From assembly GCF_006345805.1 (NCBI RefSeq), contig NW_021835989.1, forward strand, positions 62,001 through 126,000: a stretch of DNA of 64,000 nt, written 5' to 3'. A program made the translations under genes and the position numbers. Positions within the stretch are counted from its first letter, which is position 1; the number at the start of each line of letters is the position of its first letter. Below, piece after piece: positions 1 through 9,929 of this stretch. Below the pieces are notes generated by a model. The model ran no database searches, was not told the origin of the DNA, and saw only the letters and a list, made by a program, of their open reading frames with translations. Origin of the DNA: Octopus sinensis. Its lineage: Eukaryota.

Positions 1-178
1 TTGAAATAAAAATATTTATTTAGTTTGTTTATATGAAAAAATATAAATTTGAATAAGACCAATCAGAAATGCAAACTAAATCATATTTTGTCCTTACAAA
101 GAACTTAACATACAAGGCAACGTCTGTCCTGGGGGACATCTTAGCCAAATCAATGGTCAGCTAACGGTCTGCCTAATA

Positions 179-1032
179 CAGGGGTGCGCAAGTGCGGCCG
201 TGAGTCGATGAATGTGCGGCCGTGGGCACAATTAAATCATCGAACAACTAATCTTAATATGAAGCTGTTTAATCCCATTTTTATGGCTGATTTTTCCAGA
301 TTGTTAGCAAGAATGTTTATATATTGTCCTGAGTTTATTTTTTCATCGATGAAACATAACAAACCCATTCCAAAATATGAAAAGCATCCCGAGACCATAA
401 TTTTTCCGCCACCACACTTAACAGTGGGTGATAATTTGAATTCTTGAATTCATTTCCCCTTTTTCGGTATATTATTTTTCTTTTTGGTGCATAAACTTTA
501 AAAGTAAACTCGTCTGAAAAAATGATTGATCTCCATCCTTCATCATACATACCAACGAATATTTTCGATATTTCATATCTTTTGAGTCTGTTTTTTTACT
601 TAACAATGGTTTTTTCTTTGCTACTCTTCCAAATAAAACATTCTTGTTTAAATTGCAAAATGGCTTAACAATATCGTTCAAGGTGGCATGTCTGGGTATA
701 CAGCCGGCACGAGAGACGTGAGTCTAGCTGGCTTTTTCAGCGCATTTCGCTCGCGATATTGCGCGGAAACGGCCTATCTATTCGCGCGTCCTCTCAATCA
801 AAGAATTAACATCATAAATTCACTTAATTAACACTCGAACTATTGTTTCAAAGAACTCATTCGGTCTCGATGACAATGGGCAACTTATGCGGTCACTTTT
901 AATAATTAAAAAAATTACTATATTAATATCGAAAAAATAATTCGAAAAAATAATGCAGAAAATGTGCGGCCGTGGAAGAGAAGGAAAAAAAATGCTATGC
1001 GGCCGCAAACCCAAAAAGCTTGCGCACCCCTG
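179..1032. mobile_element. Non-autonomous hAT element (854 bp) carrying fragments of other TEs
   Basis: TIRs CAGGGGTGCGCAAG (179-192) and CTTGCGCACCCCTG (1019-1032). Perfect 8-bp TSD GCCTAATA (171-178 and 1033-1040). Repeated subterminal TGCGGCCG motifs. Confidence 0.92.
335..680 (-). pseudogene. Tc1-like transposase fragment inside the hAT element
   Basis: WRSIIFSDEFTF..YRKRG and GRVAKKKPLLSK motifs resemble the intact Tc1 at 19749-20762; frameshifted. Confidence 0.75.
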
Positions 1033-1302
1033 GCCTAATACTTCCGGGCATGTGGTTCATAATCTCCTATTAGATAAGGAAAATTCTGCGGTTCTTACTA
1101 GATATCAAAAATTATTTAAAGATAAACAGTTTTTCATTAATAAGCAATTTTCCGTAAACTTAGTCAGATAATTCGGTAAAATTGTAAATCTAAAACACCA
1201 CATTGGCCTATTAATTTATTTATTATTAATTTAAATTATTTACTAATTATTTATTGAAAATATAATCAATTTTGCGTAGTATTCCAAAACCTTATATTAA
1301 AA

Positions 1303-4040
1303 ATGCCCTACAGTAATGGAATGGAAAACCTAATAACAGTCATCGACAAAATACAAAATGCCTTTACATGTTCTTCTCTGCCCTGCAATCTCGACCTCCC
1401 TCAAATCGTCGTCGTCGGCTGCCAAAGTGCAGGCAAAAGCAGCGTATTAGAAAATTTTGTCGGAAGGTTTTGTACATAAAATCATATTTTTAGAGATTTT
1501 CTGCCACGGGGGACTGGAATTGTGACCCGAAGACCTCTGGTTCTTCAGCTGATCAACTCCGATGAAGGTTATACATGTCATAATGCACAGAATATGGCGA
1601 ATTTTTGCACAACTCAAGCAAATACTTCAACTTTAACGATATTCGAACTGAAATTGAAGCAGAAACAACGAGATCTTGTGGAACCAACAAAGATGTTTCC
1701 GACGTTCCAATAAACCTAAAAATATTTTCCCCCAACGGTAAAAAAATCAAAAATAAACATTTTTAGTGATTGATTTAACTTTGGTCGACCTTCCAGGACT
1801 CACAAAAATTGCTGTGGCGGGACAAAACCACGAGGTCATTGGGGTAATAAGGAAAATGGTCCTCAAATTTATCGAAAACCCAAACAGTCTCATTTTGGCT
1901 GTCACCCCTGCCACGACTGACTTGGCCAACTCTGACGCCTTGCAAATCGCAAAGGAAGTGGACCCTCTCGGAACCCGCACTATTGGGGTCATTACTAAGC
2001 TTGATATGATGGACACGGAAACCAATGCACGGGATATTTTGGAAAATAAACTCGCACCTTTGAAAAGAGGTTGGATATGTGATTTATTTTAGGATATGTC
2101 GGGGTGGTTAATCGTAGTCAGCAAGATATCGAACAAAATATTCAGATTGCTGTCGCCCACAAAAAAGAACGTCACTTTTTTAACAACCATCCTTCATATA
2201 AGTACTAATACTACATGATACTATTATTAGACATATGGCTGATCGAATGGGAACAGAATTTTTACAAAAAACGTTAAATCAACAACTTTTACAACACATT
2301 TTTACTGTCCTTCCTTCGCTACGACAAAAAATATCTGAAAACCTGAATGTTTTAGAATCGCAAGTAAAAGAAATCGAATCAAGGGGAGGTTCAATGTCCC
2401 ACAAGTTATTGATATGGTTATTTTTGCGTATTTCTTTATTAATAGCGCAATCGAGGAGTTTTCTACTATTTTGTCCGACAATATAATGTCTACGCATACG
2501 ACTGCGTTGGTTAATGCTCAAAGATTGTCGATTGGAGCTACAATAAATCGATGCTTTTTTAAAACCCTTCCAACAAATTACAAAAAAGTTATTATTATAT
2601 TTAAACAGATATTTGATGAAAATAGTAATCAAATTCTCCAAAATATACGTCTAGCTATTCAAAACGTGCATGGCGTCAAGTTAGTGATTTAATGTCTATA
2701 CAGAACTGGACTTCATACACCAGATTTGGCATTTGAAATGATTGTCAAAATGGATTTTGAAAAAAGCGCCATTCCTATTAAATCCTGCTTGGAGGAAGTC
2801 TACAATTTTACTAATCTCGCAATCGAGGAAGCTCACAAAACGGTTTGTAAAATTTATTCCATTCAGTTTGAGGAATTTCCATATTTGCAGTCGGCAGTGC
2901 ACGGATTGGTGTTAAATGCACTGAAAATGTACCACCAAGAGACGCTGAGTCAAATTGAACTCAATATAGATTTTCATTTGAATTATATCAACACAAACCA
3001 TCCTGATTTTATCGGAGTTCCCACGTATTTTTTTTATTTTTTTTAAATTTCAGGCAGAAACATAAACGAGAAGAACGTACAGGACCGGTTTGATTAAATT
3101 ACAATAAATTAGCTTACTCAAAAAAAGGGGTACATTACAATAAGCAATTTATTGACGACAAAAAATAAAGGACACGTTTATTATGCCGCATTGGTCACCG
3201 GAAACCTTGTGTTATACAAAGATGAAGATGTAAATTTTATATTTCATTTTGATTAGGAAAAAGACAAAAAACTGTCGATTTCTGTCACTAAACTTCGTTA
3301 TCAAATTCCTGAAGATTTTAGCACAACTTTCACAATTTGTCTTGTCGGATATGACATCAAGTTGATAGGGAGTTATATTATTTTAGGGGATGTATATTTA
3401 AGGACTTGAAAATCCTCCATTTCCAGTGTTCCAGTTTTAGTGAGTGTAACGATTGGTTGGTTGCCCTCATCGAAATTGGACTGAGGCCGCTCGATCCAGC
3501 AAATCAAGTCGAAGTATATGTTTGATATTTCTAGAATTCGTATGATTTAGAAAGAGGTGTAAATGACGTTAAAGAGTGTGTTGAGTCATATAATGTAGTT
3601 TATGAAAAAATTATTCTCGACATTATTCCAAAAATAATTTTTCATTGCTTTCTTAGCAAAGTCGAAATATTTTTAATTCCTAGATTGTGAAGTATTGCAA
3701 AAAAGGTTTAATTGCTGAATTATATTCCCAATGGCCGATTGTATATTAAATAATTATATTATTAATAGGAAGAACTGCTAAAACAATCTCCAGAAAAACT
3801 CGCTCATGATCAAGAAATCGTCAGACTCTACCAGGCCACCAAAGAAGCCGCTGAATATATTAAAAATGTTCACAACGAAGTCACACAAAATCAAATTAAA
3901 TTTCCGACTTCTCGGTCACTGTCAACTTTTTGTGAATTTCTAGACACTCAAATAATTTAGTTTCTTCTGGCCAATCACAAAATGCGTCTAAAGACACATT
4001 ATTCACTTTAGATCAACAGGAAAATAATATTCAGTTTTAA
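1303..4040 (+). CDS. DNM: Classical dynamin (GTPase, middle, PH-like, GED), multi-exon
   Basis: [24 protein letters not shown]|[50 protein letters not shown], followed by PH-like and GED-like segments. The frame is restored by removing many 21-37 nt GT-AG introns, e.g. 1468-1494. The stop at 4038-4040 depends on a final 29-nt intron. Confidence 0.93.
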
Positions 4041-5107
4041 TTTTTTGGTAATTTTTTAGAAATCCACTTCCACTGCCTCCGTAAGATTATTTTGTTTTAA
4101 TTAGATAGTCGCCCCAATAGAAAATGAATTTTTCATTAAAAATTAATCATACTAACTCTAACTAATCATTTTTAATTGGTAGACATTTTCAACATCACTC
4201 TTGAATTTTTGATTAACTTTTTTGTGTTTTCTAAAAGAAACGCAGTCTTTTTTCGAATAGCTCCCTCAATAAAAAATGACATCCAAACAATGATATAATA
4301 AATAATATAAATTTGACACAATTAGCAAACTATGCAACAAATCTCGAAACGGTTTTCCCCTCTACAACTTGAATAATCTCCAAGAACAAAATAATCAATA
4401 ACAATTGGTATTTACAAAAATCGACGAGTCGGATATTATAACCATATTTCAGATGCTGTCAACTGCTGGTAGTAAACTTGCAACTATTCGCAGAATTAAC
4501 TTTGTAGCATTTACCTAACACAGTGACGAGGGTAGATTAAAGGTCTATATATAATTAGATCATATTCCGGAAATGACATCTATACAGGGTCTACATGTTC
4601 CCACTGAGAAGATGGGGCTACTTATTACACATTATAGAATTTCTGAGAATACCGCATGCATCCAAATTTTTTTAAAAAGCGGTTTTTATCATTGCGTTTT
4701 ATTATTAACACTGCTTAACTATATACACCTGCTGTTTGTAATTTTCTTTTTTCCTTAAATATATTTAATTTGTTTTGTACTTGTAATTATTTTTTTCCCG
4801 ACGGAGCGACTACCTTTTCTTTTAGGAAGGGCAAGTTTCTGGTTTGAGGTTATAATATCCGACTCGCCGATTTTTGTAAATACCAATTATTATTGATTAT
4901 TTTATTCTTGGAGATTATTCAAGTTGTAGAGGGGAAAACCGTTTCGAGATTTGTTGCATAGTTTGCTAATTGTGTCAAATTTATATTATTTATTACTAGC
5001 TCGGCAGCTCGCTTCGCTCACCGCGACCTAGCTCCTGCGGAGGGCCTGTTTCATCAAACAACTATAAGTTTATGTAGATGTATAAAACTACCTGGTTTAA
5101 TGTAACC

Positions 5108-5434
5108 CTATTCTATCGCCTGTTGATAAACGATGTTTGTCGTCCGTCCTTCCTTGGCATATATGAATAAATTTTCTCTTCTGCCTACCCTCGAGCATCC
5201 CACATACAGCTGTCCATGTGAAAAGCACTCACTCTCTAAAAATAACCCAACTACCTTTAATGACTGTCCCTGGGCCTTGTTTATTGTCATTGCAAAACTC
5301 ATCCTCAAAGGAAATTGCAGCCTTTTAAATCTACATGGTAATTCATCAGAAATTATCGGAATTCGTGGAATATAAACATCCTCACCTCTATACTTACCTG
5401 TTAATATCGTCGCCTCTATTACGTTAGCTATCAA
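5108..5434 (-). pseudogene. Helitron RepHel helicase C-terminal fragment
   Basis: FKRLQFPLRMSFAMTINKAQGQSL..FSHGQLYVGCSRV are PIF1-family terminal motifs. Confidence 0.9.
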
Positions 5435-6399
5435 ATTTTTGATAACTAACCTCGTTCCGTTGCATAATTTAGGTGGCGCAAGATTTCGTAATAAACCACT
5501 GGAACGCCTATCTTTAACTTTAAAAGATGATTCGGCATTCCAGAGGGATCTAAGGAGTTTAAAAATTCAATCCGGTTGAATTTTTAGAAAATAACAAAAA
5601 ATAAAGAAAAACAAATAAAAATGAATAATTTAAAAACAAAAAAATAAAAAAAAAAAAAAAAAACTTTAAAAATTTGTAAAATGGTATAAACAAAAAAAAT
5701 CTCTGCCGCCACGGCAACAACCAGTCTAATTTTTTAACAGCCAATTAAGATAATGCTTAAGAACCTTTATAGTCCGAGATTTAGCTTAGTGACCTTGATT
5801 AGAGAAACCACTGGCGGAAATGGGGCAGCCGGAGATGCGGCAGGCAGAGTAGCAGCAGCCAAAAAAGCGACACACAAAAAGATTTAATTAATTACCTTAA
5901 GCTGACCGTTTTTTCTTCAGCTTCGTTTTTCCTCCTTCGGTTATCTATTTAAAAAATTATTTTTGAATAATAAAAAAGTTTAGGAAAAGAGGAATACCAA
6001 AAATAAATTCTATCTTTACGAAAAACTTAACTAAATAGTTAATATTTTTACGCAAATTCTTCTGATTGCGCTGTCAATTGGTGGTAAATTGTGTTAATGA
6101 TTGTGCTAATGTGGTTTTAACTAAAAAAAAAAAAACTATCAAAGTGTTTTTCAAATCTGTTAATTGCACACTCTATTCAAGGTCGTGCAATCTGTAATTG
6201 CACATTCTGTCAAAGTCAAATATGATAATAGCTTTAATTTTGATTCATGGTCGATAATGATATATGCATTTAATTTTAAAGAGAAAAACATAGGATGAAT
6301 TGAATTTCTTTATCGCGAATAATTGGGAGTTCATCATTGTTAATATTCTCGCTGTCGTTTTCATCAAGGATATTCTTAATACGTGAGATTTTTGCCTTG

Positions 6400-6870
6400 A
6401 AGGTTTTAATGGACCTCATCATGAATGTCGAGGACATTCGCGTTGTTCATTTTAATCAAAATGCAGAAAATAATTTTTTGATTTTTTGGGGAAAGGTTTT
6501 AAGGACTTCATCATGTAAGTCGAGGACATTGTAGTTGTTCATTTTAACCAAAATGCAGAAAATTTTTTTTTAATTTTTTTTGGGGGAAGGTTTTAAGGAC
6601 TTCATCATGTAAGTCGAGGACATTGTAGTTGTTCATTTTAACCAAAATGCAGAAAATTTTTTTTAATTTTTTTTGGGGGAAGGTTTTAAGGACTTCATCA
6701 TGTAAGTCGAGGACATTGTAGTTGTTCATTTTAACCAAAATGCAGAAATTTTTTTTTAATTTTTTTGGGGGGGAAGGTTTTAAGGACCTCATCATGTAAG
6801 TCGAGGACATCGTATTGCCAATTTGAAGTTGGTGTGCACACACAGACAGACAGACAGACAGACAGACACA
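6400..6870. repeat. ~94-bp minisatellite (5 occurrences of the core) plus (ACAG)n inside Helitron copy 1
   Basis: GTCGAGGACAT core at about 6427, 6519, 6613, 6706 and 6800. Confidence 0.9.
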
Positions 6871-6971
6871 CACCATACCATTTTATTATGTCGCGAGCGC
6901 AGCGAGCGACCGAGCGCTAGACGCGACTTTGACAGCTAACAAGCCTATCATCAACAAATATATTTATTAAA

Positions 6972-7228
6972 TTTTTTTTTTTTTTTTTTTTTTTTTTAAT
7001 AATATAATATACAAACAAGACAAAAATTACAGATAGCTAAGTTAGTTAAAGGCCTCACGAGACACCCGACCAGCCGCGCGAATGGCGAAGACGTTCCCTC
7101 GGATCACAGCAATCGACAGACGTTCCAGGAGCCAAGAAAACTCTCTTGGATCGTGACTAGTCCTTGAAATCCGTCGACCGAGCGAGCGAAGGAAGCGGAG
7201 TGTCTTGGGACCGAAGATCCCGGAGGAA
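6972..7228 (-). mobile_element. 5'-truncated CRE-like retrotransposon 3' end with poly(A)
   Basis: The minus strand reads SGIFGPKTLRFLRSLGRRISRTSHDPRESFSWLLERLSIAVIRGN, followed by a long A tract; homologous to 11956-12243. Confidence 0.85.
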
Positions 7229-7669
7229 TTATTTAAATTATTTAAAATTTTAACATGATTTAAAATTAAAATTGAAATAACTTAAGTTTTCCATTGAATC
7301 CCATAAAATAATTTATAAGTAGACCTTAATAGAAAAAGTAAAATCAATGAATACTGAACGCTAATTTGGTTTAGGTTGTGAGGGGGGGTAATAATTTGAC
7401 AGATCTCATTGTTATTTTTTCGTTTTAATCTCTAAAATTAGGTCTTCTAATCAAAAATGAACTGTGCTGACAGGCGTGCTCCTTCAGAAGATTCTTGTTT
7501 TGACATTTTAATAAATTATGAAGCATTTAGATTTTTTCTCATTATTCTAAAATATCAATTATAAATTTTAAAATATTATTTTTATTTATGAAATCGGTTT
7601 TAAAGCTCATTCTGTTTTGGCATCGATTTTAATTTTTGTTATCGAATATATTTAATTCCAAATACAAGC

Positions 7670-8842
7670 CTAGGTAGCTTGGGATACGTCCCTTCTTCAT
7701 GGAAACTGACGGAGGTAAGGATGATACGGAAGCCTGGAAACCTGGTTACTTGGCGACAGGTTATAGGCCTATAAGCCTAATTCCTACCATCAGTCGAATA
7801 ATGGAAAGGGTAATGTTTGAACGACTCTCTGAACACGTCGAGAGAAATGGTTATCTCAAAGACGTGCAGTGGGGCTTTCGGAGGGGTCGTTCCTGTGCTG
7901 ACTGTCTTTATACACTCAATTCGTCGATTGTAAAGGCTCTGGATTTCAAAGAGTGTCTGACAATTGTGTCTCTAGACATCTCAAAAGCCTTTGATATGGT
8001 TTGGCACCTCGGTCTCCTTAGACATCTGGCGAAGTGTCACATAGACAAAGGACTATTCCTATGGCTAAAAGACTTCCTCCGCGACAGGCGCTCTGTGATA
8101 AGCTTTCTGAACTATGACTCGGATGAACTGAAACTTAAAAGAGGCGTCCCTCAAGGATCAGTCCTCAGTCCTCTATTATTCAACATTGTGATGAGCAATC
8201 TGCCGTCTCCTGTCAACACACGGACGGAAATTTGATATACGCCGATGATGTTGTAATCCTTGACATTTCATCGAAACCTGCCTTATCCGAACAAAGGATT
8301 ATATCATATATGAATACAGTGGAGCAATGGTGCGATGAAAATATGTTCATTATTGCGCGTGAGAAGTCCGCATTACTGAGAATCACAGAAAGCAGAAATT
8401 TAATAAATTTACCGTGCCTGATCAAGAACATACCTCGACAAAACTCAATTAAATATCTTGGCTTGTTCATCGATGAAAAGGGAAACTATCTCGAAAACGC
8501 AAAATTAAGTAAAAGGAAAGCAACTAATGCTCTGTTCTGCCTGAGGAAGTTAAATTTGGAGCCTGATACTTTCCTCTACGTTTTCAATACGGTGATCCTA
8601 CCGGGACTACTATACGGAAAAGAGGGATGGTACTTCTCTAAAAAGAAGGACACCATCTTAACTAAATTTGAAAAGTCTCGCAGGCTCGCTTTGAAGCTTG
8701 CTTACCACCAAAAAGTTGAAGATCCAATCCCCCTGTGGCTTGAAAGTAAATCCTCCATGGTCGGTGAAACTGTCGAAAAAGCTATAAGTGGTTATAAATC
8801 CAACTCAATTGTCACTGGGACGTTCCTGCAGAGGTAGAAAAG

Positions 8843-8874
<32 letters not shown>
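7670..8874 (+). mobile_element. 5'-truncated LINE (RT domain) with poly(A)
   Basis: YRPISL, QWGFRRGRS, LDISKAFD, GVPQGSVLSPLLF, YADD; one frameshift near 8233; A tract at about 8846-8874. Confidence 0.9.
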
Positions 8875-8877
<3 letters not shown>

Positions 8878-9364
8878 ACTTGAGGGGGTCTCTTTTTTTT
8901 TCTGGGAAGAAGTCGATAGGGTAGTCCTATTGTTTCATTATACAAACTCCCCCCTAACCTTTAACCCTTCTCTGTTTCCAATAAAACTTCCTATTCCTAT
9001 TCCTAGGTATTTGTCAATTTATAGATTTTTTGATTGATCGGATCTAGAAATTGAGTGGTCGCTCGCTGCGCTCGCGACATATTATTAAGATATCATTGTT
9101 TGGATGTCATTTTTTATTGAGAGCTATTCGAAAAAAGACTGCGTTTCTTTTAGAAAACACAAAAAAGTTAATCAAAAAATCAAGAGTAATGTTGAAAATG
9201 TCCACCAATTAAAAATGATTAGTTAGAGTTAATATGATTAATTTTTAATGAAAAATTCATTTTCTATTCAGGCGACTAAATAATTAAAACAAAATAATCT
9301 TACGGAGGCAGTGAAAGTGGATTTCTAAAAAAAATTACCAAAAAATTACATAAACATCAGAATT

Positions 9365-9929
9365 GTGGAGGAGTCACTCTGTGAACTTATTGTGCTCGAG
9401 CTGCACACGACTGCTGGCTGGCTAACCGTCGGGGGAATGTACTCAAAGTCGCTAAGGCGCTATTCAAACGTTATTGGGACGTTCTTTGAGGAAAATTGCC
9501 TGTCAATCCTAGCAGGAGATCTTAATGCCAAAAATGTGAGTTATGGATGTGAAACTACGAATATGGGTGGAACTGTCCTTGAGGACTTGGCCAGTAGCTT
9601 GGGTTTTTCGGTCTTTACATCGGAAGAACTGAATCATTATGCAGACAGAGGCAGGGCTGATCGCTTGGGTCTCTTTCTATGCTCGGCATCAATTAGTCCT
9701 TTATGTTACATACCGAGGTTGGAAGCGGACATTGGCTCTGACCACGTGCCGCAAACGATGTTGATAAAGATGACTATGAATGTTACGGAGGACTTGTTCA
9801 TTGGTTACAACCTCGTGAACATGAACTGGAGTTTATTCGAATCATATATGCGGGATTCTCTTCGAAATGTCGTGTCCCAGCCTCTGAGAAGCAGAGATGA
9901 TATTGACAATCTCGATGATCACCTTAGAT
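9365..9929 (+). mobile_element. LINE apurinic endonuclease fragment; appears to resume at ~13741 after the hAT insertion
   Basis: ILAGDLNAK...G and GSDHVP motifs of the EEP/APE domain. Confidence 0.8.

Larger units (their letters stand above)
6889..9079. mobile_element. TIR element with TGT...ACA ends and a 5-bp TSD (Ginger2/TDD-like, non-autonomous)
   Basis: Perfect 23-bp TIR TGTCGCGAGCGCAGCGAGCGACC; TSD TATTA (6884-6888 and 9080-9084), confirmed against the uninterrupted Helitron end at 52369. Confidence 0.85.
4996..9090 (-). mobile_element. Non-autonomous Helitron, copy 1, interrupted by a nested TIR element
   Basis: 5' end TCTTAATAATAAAATGG followed by (CTGT)n; 3' end GC-rich hairpin-like tract then CTAG; inserted between A and T with no TSD (the empty site is visible in the other IR arm). 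Carries the PIF1-like helicase C-terminus. Confidence 0.93.
4038..9348. repeat. Inverted duplication with ~400-bp arms: left 4038-4445, right 4845-4995 plus 9091-9348 (right arm split by a Helitron)
   Basis: The reverse complement of the left arm matches the right arm across the Helitron junction (ttatattatttatta|tatcattgtttggatg), with few mismatches. Confidence 0.9.

Noticed and set aside
4040-4800. A convergent gene between dynamin and the Helitron
   Set aside because: Intron-like segments exist on the minus strand, but I could not assemble a consistent open frame.
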